Assembly (NCBI GenBank): GCA_964036045.1
Contig: OZ038379.1
Location: 21,700,001-21,764,000, forward strand
Reading direction: 5' to 3'
Origin: Eutreptiella sp. 'Long Island Sound 2002'
Lineage: Eukaryota; Protista; Euglenida
DNA length: 64,000 nt
The position numbers and the translations under genes were made by a program. Positions 35,430 to 49,500 of the stretch are shown one piece after another. Within the stretch, counting starts at the first letter, position 1. Each line of letters begins with the position of its first letter. The notes under the pieces were generated by a model. That model did not search any database and was not told where the DNA came from. It saw nothing but the letters and a program-made list of their open reading frames with translations.

Positions 35430-37299
35430 GTCTGGGGCGTGGGCGGTGCGTAGGGGGTGTCGCAAGGCCAAGGCACTCGGGCGGTCAGAAAAGCCATGAA
35501 ATGAGGCACCGCGACGTAGATCCGGAAGGCCCTGAGGGCAGACCAGTCAGGGAGTACTATACGCGGTGCGTGTTTGGGGTGATGTCGTAGATCTACCCCC
35601 CCTTTGTGAAGTGTCCCCTGACAGTTGCGCGCACGTCTCTTTCATGGCTTGCTGCGGGCATCACTGTCACCTACACCCGACCAAATGGTGATGGGGTGCC
35701 TGCCACCGTCATCTCCGCCTCCGAGTGTGGGCAGTACGTGAGCATGGGGTCACCAGGGCACCAAGGAATGGCTTTTCCCCCATGGTTTGTTCCGACACGT
35801 TAAGCGGTGTGCAGGTGGTGCAGGTACCCCCCCCAGTACCACAGGCGTGGGAAGGGGGATGGGGGTGTGTCCACCACCACATTGACGCGCACTGTGGCGC
35901 CCCCCGTGGATGCGAAATGGGATGGGCTCATTGGCCTGTCGCAGGCTGCCTGGCTCTGGGCCAAGGACCACCGCAGGCCCGGCCGGAGGGCGCGGCAGTG
36001 AACTGATGGGGGGGGGGGGGGACTGCGGCAGGGGTTCATTTCAAGGGGTGTCCCCTGAGGTTTTTCGCGGGATGTGGGCAATGCCGTGCTCCCTCTGGAC
36101 GGCGGTGGACGTGTTTGGTCCCCTGGGATGCACCGGTGCCTCTGAGCCAAGGACTGCCTGCCAGGCCCTGTGTCTTGGTGGGGCTGGGGGGGGGGGGGCA
36201 ATGCTGTGTGCCCCATGCGGTGTCCCATGGCAGGCCCCTGTAGCCCCTGTGGCCCGGGTCTGTCACAGACACACCTCATGTCAAGGTGGGGGCCATGGCA
36301 TGTGTGCGCAGACCTGCACAAAGTGGCGCTGCTGCCGGCGGCTGTTTGAATGGCAAAGCACACTGGGGCTTACCTGTGAGGCCTGACCCCCCCCCGCCCC
36401 TCTGGACCCCCCAACCCATACTAGTGCGCACCTAGTTGGAACTGGCAACTTGGGCGCCAATGGCACCGGGAAAAAATTTTTGAGCCTGGAAAATTTGCAA
36501 CTCACTTGATTTCCCCCCACTTATTTACATTCAAAATGCTCACAATGAGTTAGGGAATGCTGTGCCACGTGTCTTCTTCTGCTGGCCGGGATGCCTTTGC
36601 TGATTCAGAGGTACATCTGTTGGAATACGGTACTGTTTTTCGTTGGTCGTGAGTGGGAGAACCAAATTTCACCCCACTTGTATACTTCAAAATCCTCAGA
36701 ATGAAACGGGGAATTCAAAAATGCTCCCAAAATGGAGAACCCCCCCTCCGGACCCCCCCCCCCGCCCACGCCGCAGGGGTTGGGGTCTAGAACTGAACTG
36801 CAACCCCCCCCCCCCCGGGGCAAAGGGTCCCCCCCCCCTCCACAACACTGTTTAGGGCAAGAAATGATACAATTTTCTGAAGGTCAAATGTCATCGGCCC
36901 ATATATGCCCCGGACCCCCCTCTCTCCCAGAGCGGCCCCTTCAAGCTGGGGGGGGGGGGGTTCCCATCCCCGTAGACGGTGTGTGGGGCTTAGGGATAGC
37001 CGTCTACGGGGGAGCAGGTGGGTGTCTTCCCTGGCCGGTATCAAATGCCCGTGATTGGTGCCGGGATAGAACAGGTGCCTATGAACAGGAAGGCACAGAA
37101 ACACATAATGTAGCTAGTGCAAAATCTAGCTCCTTGGTTATAGACTTAATAGGAAACGTCCCCTCGGGAAGCTCGAGAAGAAACACGCTGAATCATGACG
37201 AAGTCACCACCCAACTAGACGGGCCTCATGGGCATGGAACAAAATTTTCGGTCCAAGGTCCTCCAACTCCCTAAAGCGCTATGTGTTTCTACGTCCATT

Positions 37300-40200
37300 G
37301 TGGAGAGACCATGAAGGACCAATAGGTCACAGGACAGATATCTTGGCACTGAATACCATGGCACCTGATAGACGATCATGCACATATGACGAACTCAATG
37401 GCACACATAATGAGAATTCTTCATCCAGTCCTGGGAATGTGACCAAAAGGTGGCAACATGGTGTGTATTTGAGAATCATACACAACATGTGGAATGCATT
37501 TCGTCTCAAGGTACTATTGTGAACACAAGGATGAACACGAGGGAACTCTTTAGTTAACAACCTCCAGCGCGATAAAGTACAATACACAACATTGTTACCA
37601 TGCAATCCCATTTGGGTCTTGGCTTTGTTTGTCTCTCACCTGTTCCTCATCCTAGGGGAACTTATGAATCGTTTGTGACTCGTGGAATGAAATTGTTACC
37701 TTTCTTTCCGCATGGGTGCTGGCCCCGGCACGAGCCACCACCAGACCTCATAGCGGTAAGGAAAATATTCAAATTGGAGGTATGCAGTAGGGTGAAACAA
37801 ACACTACAAGATGTACCATTGAGTGCTCACCCAATGAAACGTGGTTCTTGATCTATAGTCATTTCATGCGTCCACCGTCCACTCCCTCTCAACGACACTA
37901 TCTAGAATCTACCTCTCCCCCCGTAGAGCAGGGTTGTCGACCACTCCCCGTCTTCTGATTATGGGTCGCTCCCACCCGCGATCCATTGAAGATACAAAAA
38001 CCAACAGTGGCGCAACACATAGCGTCTTGTGGATCGTTACAATGCAAAGCATGTTGCTGAATAGCCTTGTCACCCGTTAAGAGCTCTCACCACGGGCGGA
38101 TGCTGCATAGTGTTCGACGTGCGTAGCTTGCTGCGTGTGCAAAAGTCTACAAAGAGGACAAAGGCCTTGGTAGTCATTTGCGCAACCACTACTTGTGTCT
38201 ATAATGGGATGCATCACATAGGAATTTCTTGACCTTCTCCTTCACCTCGCATTGCAACAATTCCACTTTCAAGGCCGATGTGACTTGTTGTGTTGGAATG
38301 CTACGAGGTCACCGATCACCCTTTTGATGACCATGATGATACCCCGCCGCCGCTGCTCTTGCGTGAACATGGCGGGGCGTTGTCCGCCCTTGCTGTGGGT
38401 CACCAAGGAATTCAATTATGTACATGTTGGATCTAGACGGCCTTTGGGGGCCCTCTTGGTAGAAAATGGTAGGTCGCCAATGACTCGATATGGTGTGATG
38501 GGTACTCTTTGCGGAGGAATGACAAGCCCCCCTTGTGAAGTGTACCAAGTATTTTGTTGCAGCGTTTCTTTGGCCGCCAGTGACGTGTCACGGCACCTAA
38601 CTGTGTGATGCACCATACACCTACATGCATGCACAATATTGTGTGACTCTTCCAAGAGCCGCCTGGAAGTGATGTGTTGTTTCTTTTGCTGCTGCCCGCA
38701 AAATTGGTTCTTGAGGAAGGTTGGGATGATCATGGGCCGCCCTCAAAATGCCCATTAGCAGGGGCAAATCAGGCGAGCGCAGAGTTGACTATCACGCTTT
38801 CAGACGTTCAATATGGGCCCGGGCCCCGTGAAGATCAGCTACCCAGCCAGTCACTCAGCGTTGCAGGGCCCAGATTTCTGCTAGGTGCTTCCTTTTCATA
38901 CTTCAGGTCCTCCATCATCTTTGCTCGCTCCTCTATGTGTCTCCCCTCTTGTTCGGAAGAGTACGATTGTAGGTGGTGTATGGCCGTCTAAACCTTGTGG
39001 AGCTTTGCCCGCGCCTCCTGAAGTTCTTTGCCGGTGGCATCTTGGGCTAAGTCAAATTGTGGCAATAGAGAAGTGGATACTCTAGGGACAGCCCGTTCTG
39101 TGTGGATGAATTGGCAGCTTTGCAGGAGCTCCAATGATGGTGCCCCATCGTTTGGTGTAGTGACTACAGAGTCCCCAAAGACAATCAGCTGAACAACAGA
39201 GTGGGGACACGGAGTGGATTGTACATTGCTCAAGTCCGAAATTCAGAATCGGAGCACTCGCAGTCAGGGGCGGTGCATCTGATCTGTGATCTCCTTGCAA
39301 TGCAGTTGTGCCAAAACTAAGATGGGGTTTTCAAAGGATCCGTCACCAAATGCAAAACTGTGATCGTAGGGGCCGGGGCCCATGGATGCCAATATCCTCC
39401 AAAAGTTGCAACTTGTTCACATCCTCCACTGGTATGAGAGATGCCTCATGGGCGGCAGAAAAAAAGGACGTGTTATGGGCATCCAAATTTAGCGGCTTCC
39501 TTGGTACTCCTGACACGACGCACCAATTTGCACCAAATTTCTTCATATCAGCTTTGACATGGGCTTCGCCCACCCGCACGTGGGGAGTGATCATGAGTAC
39601 CCGAGGCATACTCATCGGCTACTCACCCGTGCTTGAAGTTGGTGGCACGGTTCTTTAACCGCGTGCCGGCTATATCCAGGCCTCGTTTCAATTTTACACG
39701 GTCCCACTGTTGTGTTGGGGGGGTTTTGATCATGATTTTGGACCCCTCTATAATCACGTGCACCATTGGCCACAATGCCATGTGGCTCTTTTTTTGGTAA
39801 ACGCGCAAAGTCGCCATGGTGCAAAATTTCCAGTGTGCACCCCGGCAGAAGGAGATGGACCAGCACATTGAAACAGCCATCATTCATGGCTCCCAAAAGT
39901 CGATATGGAATAAGATTTCGATAAGGAAGGAGTGGTATGTGGGGCACCCGCCAAAGCAGCTCGTACCTAGTCCCGGGAAATTGAAAGAAATGTTTTGCAC
40001 GGCAACCAATGCATCATGTATGTAACCTACTGCACAGTCAAATCACATAGAGGGCGGAGGTGTCTCTGCCGCAGTTGATCTAGAGCTATCTTTGCATGGA
40101 GGCGTGATGGGACTGTCAGGGCTACTGCATACTTGGGGTCCAAGGCCCGAGCCATGGTGCGGCGGTATATCATCTGATACGTGGGTTTGGGAACAGCTGC

Positions 40201-41950
40201 AAAGTGTTCTCGCACGTGATTGATCCCCGGTTGCAATTCCAAATTTGTAACACACCAAGCCGTGTTCCGATGGCGCCTCGGGTGTCGTACCTCTAAAACA
40301 TGCTCCAAGTTCTGCCACAACCGGGAGGTGCTTAACAAAAAGGTCTAGCACCTTTGTTGACATTGAACCACCATGCTGGGCATTGTCCCTACCGCTCGAG
40401 GTGACCCAGAACTAGATGAAGACGCCGGCATAATGCAAGCCTATATTGCCTCAAACGAAGCAGTTGCAGGCAAACCGAATAGTCCTCCAAAATCAATTCC
40501 GTCACGGCAAAGTTATGTTGCTCCACAACGGCACTCTTGATTTCCAGAGGTAGAACCTTACCTTCTCAACCCACTGCTCACCAAGCGGCTTGTCAGTGTC
40601 TAGAGATAGTGCCACAAAAATAGGGAAGTGGTCGGATAGAAAGGATGAGCTGCCGTGAATGCATGCAGCCGGGGTGGGAGAAGATGTGCAACCACAAAAT
40701 GTAATCCGACACATTGGTCCATCCCTAACTGGCAACCCAAGTAGGACCATGAGTAATAGGGACGGCCTTGGTAAGAACCGACTCCTACTTGAACCGGTTA
40801 AAAAGGTCCACGATTTCTGATGCAACGCAAGGGAAAGCCAGAATCCATGGTGGATTTTTGTTGAAATCACCCAAAACAACCTACCACGTCTAAGAGGTGA
40901 CAACAGCAAAGCTTCAGTGGAGGTAAGCAGAGCCTCGTAGGCTTCATACGTGCCACGAGCAAGGAGGGAAAGACCAACAATCATGAAAAAAAATGTGATA
41001 CATTTCAAACCACTCTGCCACCCCCCGCCTCCTCCATCCGCCCGTATGTTAGCTCGCTGGAACAAAAAATTGGAGACACAGCGCAAAAGTGGGGCGGCCC
41101 AAGACTTTTTCGCGGGCCCACTGTGAAACAAGTTGCGTACAAGGGGTGGAAGCGGTAGTTAGCCCCCAGACTGCCGATTTCCAGCAAGCACAGCACTTCC
41201 ACAAAGGAGTGGAACTCCGGGAAATGAGGTAGCGCCTCTAGCCCCCACTGTTTCTTTTTAAAAGTGAATGTGTGCTACATGGTCTAGGGGACAACCAATT
41301 GCAAGTCCATTAGAAATAAGCGGTTCTCCCTCACATTTCGAAGGTCGCGATAGTTCACGCCAGATATTGCGCAGAGGGGGGGGGGGGGTGGCAAGGGTAG
41401 GCCCTCTCTAATCTTTCGGTGCCTTGGAAGCTCGTTTTAAAATGGTTTTTAAGAAGGCTTTGCAACAATGGCTGTTGAGTCGAGGCAAAATCCCCCCTTC
41501 CGAGATGGCAATGCAAGATTACACACCGGTGTTGCATGGGTGGTTTCCACGGTCTACGTGCTTTTAGTGCCTTGTATGAAGCTTGCATGGGGCAAAGGGA
41601 CCTAGTGTTGGCTCCGTATTGTGTCTTGTGAATGCCATCAGGGTGGTGGTAGTTGTCAATGTGGTGGGCATGATTGATACACCTACTGGCCCTCTGCGGT
41701 AGGTAGGGTGGATAGATGGCTCTTCGTGGTTGGGTGCCACACGGTCTGATATTCAGGAAGTGGCAGCCTCGTTGCCTTAGGCAGGCAGGTGCACTAACCT
41801 CTTCTTGGATGCCATCAAGCTTTGGTTTCTTGGGGCTCGTTTGTCTTGCGGTTTGGTGCAATATGACCTTGAGCCCGTTCTTCTTGCGGAAATGCCCTTG
41901 TAGATCCCCTTGGAGGGTGAGGACGTACGACATGCAGCTCACCACGCTTT
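37300..41950 (-). mobile_element. Degenerate LINE (APE + RT) in IP3R intron 4; boundaries approximate
   Basis: APE motifs GDFN (40860-40871), DYIL (40695-40706) and SDH (40628-40636). RT motifs LPKKEPHG (about 39790), RTGCP*S resembling RQGCPLS (39079-39099) and GGLVIP (about 38520). Order is correct; many stops. Confidence 0.75.
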
Positions 41951-44784
41951 ACCACACATTTGCCACAAGCAAGACTTTTGTCGCTCAATGGCGGCCTGTG
42001 GATGGGTAGTGGCTCCCGTGTCCATGGATTGCCTGCCATCCCACTACCCCGTACGCATGTACAATGCGGTGGCAAGGGGGGGGTGCAACGTCTGGTCCCT
42101 GGTCCCTTAAATACTGCCCCACCATGCAGAGCCCATGGTCCGCCTCCCACCGTCATGTAAGGAACATTATGACAGGCTCCATTGTAAATGTTCTCCCCCT
42201 TTTAAATTCATGGAGCAACATGCTCCTTAGCTTCGCTGCTTGGATTCAGCTGTCTTTTCTCAGCAGCTACCCTAAGTCTGCCATTCACCGTGCTTTGCAA
42301 GGTGCAATCCCGCGAGTGCTAAGCCGTACCCCATGGGACATCTCCCTCTCTCTTTCCTTCTGTCGCTCCATTCTCCCCCTTTTGCCATGCGATAAGTCAC
42401 GCATCATGAGACACCTCACCACATGGTTGCGTATCCATGCTGTTTGGCAACATAGTGCCTACACCTCCTGGCATCTACCCTTTTCCCACCGTTGTGATGC
42501 CCATTGCGCTGTCTGGTGCCATGATTACCCCATCCTCAAACAAATGCGTAGCTTCGCCCCGCGGGGACACGGACGGGAGGTGGCAAAGCCAATGGCCGTG
42601 CCATTCCCTCAAGTACAGGGACAGATCGCGGGTCCACAGTGATAGCTTAGCGTTGACCTCCGTGTACCGCTGCCACACTGTGTAGAATGGTCGTCACCAC
42701 ATGACCATGGCTTAGGTGTAGGGTTGTGATCAGGGACATGTGCATTACATTCATTGCTTTACACACTGTCTCCCTATCACAGCGAAAGGCGCCTATGGAC
42801 ATGTTTCACTGACGAGCTTTTCTCTGTGCCGTCGCGTGCTGACGTGCTTGCTTTGCCCCTCAGCTACCCCGCGCAGCAATCCCAAGGGTGCAACGTTGGA
42901 GTGCACTCATACGCCCTCCACTCCCCACGGCTATGCGGCTTGCTATCTGTAGTGTCTATGCTCCACAACGTGTGAGAAATCCCTGCCCACCACGCACCCA
43001 AGCTATTTGTGCTACCCACAGCGGCACGCTAGACGGGACTTGTTAGTTCCGTTCCCACTATGGACATTCCATTTCTATCTACATTCATTCAGCAGCTTAA
43101 TCATACCAATCTCCAAGTTTGTGCCCGCCATGGCCTCCTCCAGGCCCTCATGAGGCATCACGTCTGCATGCCGTGTTTGAAAACGTGATTTTCTCCAAGT
43201 CTGCCCTGCTCACAGTTCACATCATGACCGGTTTCTCAGTTGGTGTCAACAAGTGAGGCTGAATGCCCATGTGCCGGAACACCATTTGCATGCGGACCTG
43301 CTACAAAGCCCCATGCATCAAGCCACACACCCTTGGTAGATACATGACGTGCACAAATGGATGGAAGTTCCCTACCACTCAACCCAGTAGATCACAAGTC
43401 ACGGATGGGTGGGGCGTTTCCAACTGAACCGATATGAGACTTCTCGTTGATGTCTCGGGCTCGAGAACCTTTTTTTGCTAGATTTCACCATGGTGCTACT
43501 TGATGCGGTTTTCGTGCATGATGCTTCGTGGTTTCCATCGGGATGGTTTTCCGGAGGCGCTGTGGCTCTTCTTGATCCTGCCTAGCTCCAATATGTGCAC
43601 TACCGCATTCCCATACCCTTTTTTGTGATGACTCGCACCAACCATAACTGTATGTAGCCTGGGTAGTCTTGAAGTCCCGTGTGTGGCTTGGGTGGTCATG
43701 AAGTTCCGTGCACATGCCCGGTGTGCGTGACTCCATGAGCTTAACTTTTGACAGCGGGCTGTTGCGTTGGTGGGGTGTTGTTGGAAGTGTACCTTCATCA
43801 ACGATCGGTCTAGGTCGTATGAATTGCACTTCATGAACTCAATTGTAATTCCGATGAATTTGAATGCAATTGAGTTCCAATGCCGCTTGCTGTGACTACA
43901 CTTCAGTGCATTTAGCTGCTTGGATAGGGACAGCTGCCTGCTTCAATGGGTTTTGACGGCATAGATCCATGTGTCCGGTGTGTTCGCTCGCTGTCGGGGG
44001 CACGTAGAAACAAGTGCTAGTTTTGTGGGAGTACATTGGATGCACCTTCTCGCACGAACCGGCCCCATGGTCTCGAAAATCTGACCGGAGTTGGAGATAG
44101 TGGGGGCATGCATCAAGTGGCCAATGATCTATTAGTCGTGCTGCTTAGGAAGCGGAGCAGGCGGTGAGCAGCCTCATTTAAAGGAGTGTGAGAACCGACG
44201 GGTGGTGCAAGTCATGCACGTTGGGAGCCCATGGTACGTGAATACAATCCCCATAGTGGCGCTAGTAACACAATTCTTAGGTCCGTTTGCCATCCCACCA
44301 GGGAACAAATGGGTGTGAAACTGATGAACCTAGACCTGGTGTGATAGGGTGGCCACGCTGAGCACTAATATGGGGCACCTAGCGCAAGATGGGAGTCCTA
44401 CGTCCCAACCGTAGATGCTAGTACCTGTATGCTCGGAAGCTCCCGGGAAGCATAGTGGAACATACCTACCCGGCTTGGGGGTATGTTTAGCTGCAACGGA
44501 ATACCAGCTAAGCTGTGTGGTTGTTTTTTTTTTCCACAGAGGGTCTCCCACGTTCGTGCCCGCCTCCCCAGTGACGACAGTGGGGTAACAGCATAAGCTG
44601 GTCCCTCCTCCTCCCCCCCCCCCCCCGTCCTACGGCCAGCACAGCCGTGGAATGGGCCCATGGGGCAACACAGGCCTAGGGCGTGGGGGCTGCCCCTAGT
44701 CTCGTGCCCCCTGTCAGTCCTTCAGGGGGGGGGGCGAGGTGCCCCTCGACATACACACCCTCAGCAACCCCTTTGTGTCTCAGG

Positions 44785-45006
44785 CAGGGATGCGTTAGAA
44801 GGGAAGGGACCTCAGAGGCGGCCCCGAAAGCAGTCCGACAGGCTGTGGGAGGAGGTTGCTGAAGTGGTTGGGGGCTCACTGTGGGTTACAAATGCCATTG
44901 AAGCTGGTACCTGCCGTCCGGGAGACAAGTGGCTGGGCGTGGGCTGGGCGTGAGCTGGGGGCTCTGGAGTGTTGGGGGGGGGGGAAGGGCTTCCAATGCA
45001 TCCCTG
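44785..45006. mobile_element. 222-bp MITE immediately upstream of the exon 5 acceptor
   Basis: 17-bp TIR CAGGGATGC(G/A)TT(A/G)GAAG with 2 mismatches; flanks GTCTCAGG / GTTGCAGG match at 6 of 8 positions. Confidence 0.8.
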
Positions 45007-45013
45007 GTTGCAG

Positions 45014-45334
45014 GTGCTGATGGCGGAGGAGGGGGACGAGGAGGCGGCAGAGGTGCAGTGGTGCCTGAAGGCGCAGGAGCCCGTGGTGACCGCGATGCTG
45101 CAGGAGTGTGGGGCGATGCTGCGGGCTGGCGGGCGGGCGCCGCTGGAGAGGGGCGGGGGCGGGGCGCTGCGGGTGGACAAACAGGCGCTGCTGCTGGACA
45201 TGGGCTTCGTGGACACGCTCATGAAGGCGCTGGACACGGCGGCGGCGGTGCTGAAGGCGGGCCTCCTCCGTGGCGCCCGCGACACGCTGTCGGTGGAGGA
45301 TCTCGTGGCCGTTGTGCGGCTGGGCTACGCACAG
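45014..45334 (+). CDS. ITPR-like: IP3R-like exon 5 (RIH domain 1)
   Basis: DKQALLLDMGFVDTLMKAL resembles ERQKLMREQNILKQIFKLL; ends RLGYAQ; 321 nt. Confidence 0.82.
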
Positions 45335-46408
45335 GTGTGTGGCCGCGGAGTGTTTGCGTGCACACGCAACCGAATACTTCCTGAAGGCCTCCTCTTTGGC
45401 TCTGCGGAAACCCGCACCCCCCACCGAAGTGGAATCCGCCCCAATTTCGACTCTGAATCCGACTCTAACCGTACACCTGCATGTGACTCTGACTCTTGGT
45501 AGCTCATGTGGTTCTTGTGGAAGGCCATGGTGGGGTGCTTCAAACATGTGTGGCCAGAATTGACCTTTAGACACAAATACCAGGATTGATCGGGGGGCAA
45601 GTTCCGTTAGACACAAATACCACCCTTGGAAATACGGAAGTCCTGGAGTTGGTTTTTGGGGTCCAATCAATTGAGCCGTCTTTTCTTAGGGCAAGGGGTT
45701 AGTCAGGGGACTCCATCCACCTCTGGCAGTTGCACACCTGCCCCACCCCAGCAGGTGCTGTATGACTCATGGGCACGTTCTACGCGGGGTCATGTAGGTC
45801 ATACATACTTACATACCTGCGCACAGACCATGCCCACGGGTTACATCAAAACGCATGGAACGTGCCCATGTATTAGATGACGTTGCGTTGCTCATTCGTT
45901 CGGTGGGTGGCTGTCCTGCCGGGGTACTGTGCCTCACCCCCGCCCCTCCTCCTGCCTGCATCGTATGCATTTTGCATTCCCTGGAGGGCCAATGAATGCC
46001 CAAACAGCATCCAGGGCAACAAAGCGCGGGAATGAGGGAATGCAGGAGTCAGTGATAGAGTGAGGGGCTGAAGGGGTGAGGGAGCGAAGGAGTGGGTGAA
46101 GGTATGATGGAGCGAAGGAGCAAGTGATGCGGGTGATGGAGTGAAGGGGGTGAGGGAGCGAGGTACTGCAGGAGCGCACTGCCGTTTGCCCAGTGTCCTC
46201 CGCATGCTGCTTGGGGTTACAGCAGGGCTGAGATATCTACCCCAAACCAATCATATGCAACCCCGACTCGCATTAAGGCAGCAGAGCCATGCAACACGTG
46301 CGGCCCATGAGCACGTGCTTAAAATGGGAGCGCTTACTAGCGGTTACTATTGGTTGACAAATGAAACCCCCCCCCAAAAAAAAAACAGCCCCCCGCCACT
46401 TTGCACAG

Positions 46409-46576
46409 GTCTGCGGCATGGTGGAGGGCCGCAAGGATGTCAAGCGGAAGCTGGTGCCGTACATCCACCTGATGCTCACCCACCAACAGTTGGACGTGGG
46501 GGTCGAGGCCGTGCTGCTGCTCATCCTGCAGGACAACAAAGACGTGCTCAACCGCACGCAGGAGGCGGATGTGCAG
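46409..46576 (+). CDS. ITPR-like: IP3R-like exon 6
   Basis: EGRKDVKRKL...LDVGVEAVLLLILQDNKDVL resembles DYRKNQEYI...[20 protein letters not shown]; 168 nt. Confidence 0.85.
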
Positions 46577-49500
46577 GTGGCACCGTGCGCGCACGTGCGA
46601 CATCCGCAAGCGTTTGAAACGAGCAACAGGTTGCGAGGGTCGACTACTCCGGCATTTGGGGGGGGGGGTGGTTGGTCGTGACCCATGGATGAATTTGGTG
46701 TATGGAATAATATGTGCGTCAAAGCCAAAGACGCCCATGGCAATGTCACTGAGGAGCATTTGCTTCGGACTTGTGTTCCTTCGCCGGGTTCTGCATCCAC
46801 ATCTGCCTCCCACAGCGCGAGGGTGGGGGTGGGGGGGGGTCACCGGCTCCTCTTGTCAAGGTGTTCTCCGGCCACCCCCTCCCTGTGAGCCCGGCGTTCC
46901 AGAGAAGGACACGTCCTCGTGTTGTGGGGTGGAGCTGCGGTACCCAAGGCGACCGTCAGGTCTGCATGGGGACGCTAGGAAGCAGTGAAGGGCATTCACG
47001 GGCGTTTGTGCTGTAATGGACCGCGGGGGTGCGGAGTTGCCCCTTGGGGTACGAAGACATGGGGTGTCATGCCACGATTCGAAGGGTGCCCCAAGGGTGC
47101 CGGGGGGGGGGGGACTCCTGGTGTCTACCGAAAGGTACTCTCAGCAGCTTTTTTTGGCCCTGGTGGAGGGGATGGTGGTTTTTGGGGAGGGGAATGAGGT
47201 CTGCAAAACGTGGCACATGGCGCTGGATCCTGCATTGCATGCGTGGAGCGGGTTCTACTGCGCTGTGGAGGTCTGATTTTGACGTTTTGGATCCGTATTG
47301 AATGTTGGCGGCTGTGGCAACACCCAGAGGTATGTGGTATGGTGGCAGAGGTGGTACAATAGGGGCACGACAGCCCTCTGGGGGAGGAGGGACGGGGAGG
47401 GGCGCAGTGCCAGCTGCCGAGGATGAAACATGGCTCACAACCACTTTTACTGAAAAGTGGCTACTGGGCCAATGTCACCACAATTTACCATGCAAGTGAC
47501 ATGCAAAAGGTTGTTCTAGAAGAAGGGGACAAAGTAGTAGTAGGGCAATAAGACCAGAGTGGGTTCTTCTTGCTACACATTGCCCACGTTGTCGGGTGGT
47601 GAGGTGGCAATGATCACTGGAAAGTGTTTTCATTTACATACATGTTGGTTCCCGCATGGTGACAGCGACATTGAGGGTGCCCACCGTCGCAAGCAGTCGC
47701 AGGCGGTCGCAGGCAGTCGCAAGCGCTTGAGATGCCCTTTTTTGGCCAAAAACCCCCTTTTGAGGGCTCCACGCAATTGTACTAAGGCGCTCTTGCCAAA
47801 TCTGACACTGGGGGGCAGGTTGTGCACAGCGCTAGCACAGTGCACGCATGTCACATATGATAGTGATGACCTTATTGGATGGATGCAACCTCGACACCAC
47901 CACTGTAAAGGTGTTTGTCTGGAAAAGTTTCACTCGCAAGAAATTCTGTCCCTGACACACCTGGCACACCACCAATGTGGTCCTCTGTGGGCGGGCTTTA
48001 GGGTAGATACAACAGGCGGGGGGCGGGGGGGGGGGTTTGAGGGTGATCGGGGGCTTGGACAGGTCTTCCCTTGTTGTAGGTTGGGGTGGGGCACGAAATA
48101 GGGGCGTTTGGGCATGGTGGGGTGTGTGGGCAGTCGCACGGGTGTGTTGGTTTCGACAGGGATGTATAAGCAAGGGTAGGGTACAGGGGCACTGCGCATT
48201 GCGTATGTTGAATTGCTCTAATTCTGCTTGTGCATGCAATACACTCAAGTGACTCAGGTGCTAAAGGCGCTGATGCCCTCGGAATCCGGCAGGCCAACCG
48301 AACCTGAACGGGTTCATATGGATATTTGGACTATGCCTGACATTTCTGATTTGGTTGGTTGGGGGGTTTCTCATGCAGATGCATGCGTGCATGCCCTGCA
48401 GACCCATGGCGCCTCAACAGGCACCAGAGACGAAAAAGCGCACAGTAGAGATTGTTGTGGTTGTGGTTGTTTGGATTCTCCGTGTCCAAATAGGGGGCAA
48501 TGCCAAAACTTCCATATGAGAGAGATGACATCTGGACAAGAATCCCAATTTCCTGAAAATTAGCATCTGTATGCATGATGATTGCCTCTATATGCCCTGG
48601 ACCCCCGCCCCCTCTCCCCCAGGCAAATCCATTGATTTCAGTTTAATGGCAGACCAACAGTTTGATATCTAAGGCCTGTGGTTTGACATGCAGAACCTCA
48701 AGAAAACCCTTGGGATCCGCATCTCACTTAAGGGGTCCCAGACCAAGCCCCTAGCAACCAACCAGATCAAGCCCCAAGGAGTCAATCCCTATCCCAAGGA
48801 AGGTTTCAAACTGAGAACCAAGCTACTGGTACCAAGATATGCCACTTCGGGGATTTGACTGATTTTTGACACCCTTTATTGGTGAAAGTGAGTTCGGTGC
48901 AGCATGTCTCAACCTGGAGCGACAAGGTGAAGTGTTGCCATCACAGTGTATTTGTTCCCCTTTCCTTCCTTTGCCCTTGTTTTGTAGGTCGCCTACTCCC
49001 TCTTGTGGTTGGTTTGTTAGTCCACGGATTGTGGGTGTGGGTGTGGGTGTGGGTGTGGGTGTGGGTCGGGGGGGGGGGGGGGGGGGGCTTTGTGGGTGGG
49101 TGCGTGTGGGGGTGTGCTGAAGGCGACGTTACTGAAAGGCAATGGCCAGGATGTTGCACCAATGGGGTATGGTAGGCGGATGGGCTCTGAACATAACCCT
49201 TGGCTAAGCTTACAAGAGGAACCCTGTGGCAGGGGCTGGTCACAGTGTGGGGGGGCTTTCCCTGTGCGGACGTTACTGCTCATGTGGCAGCAGAGAGCGG
49301 CCCTGGGCATCCCTTGCCTCTCCGCCTGCTGCTGGAGCCGTATCTCGTGGAGGGCCCACACAGGGGGCCTGAGGTCCCGCTTGGGCCTTGAGGAGCGGGT
49401 TTGCGCCCACACACGGGCCCTCCACATCTGCATTTTGGCAGTACACTGGGGAGGGGCAGCCGGTTACTACAGCCCTGAGGGCTGGTTCCAGGCGCTTGCT

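Noticed and set aside
43485-43834. RNase H-like reading of minus-strand ORFs
   Set aside because: No clear catalytic motif, and the position is upstream of APE, not after RT.
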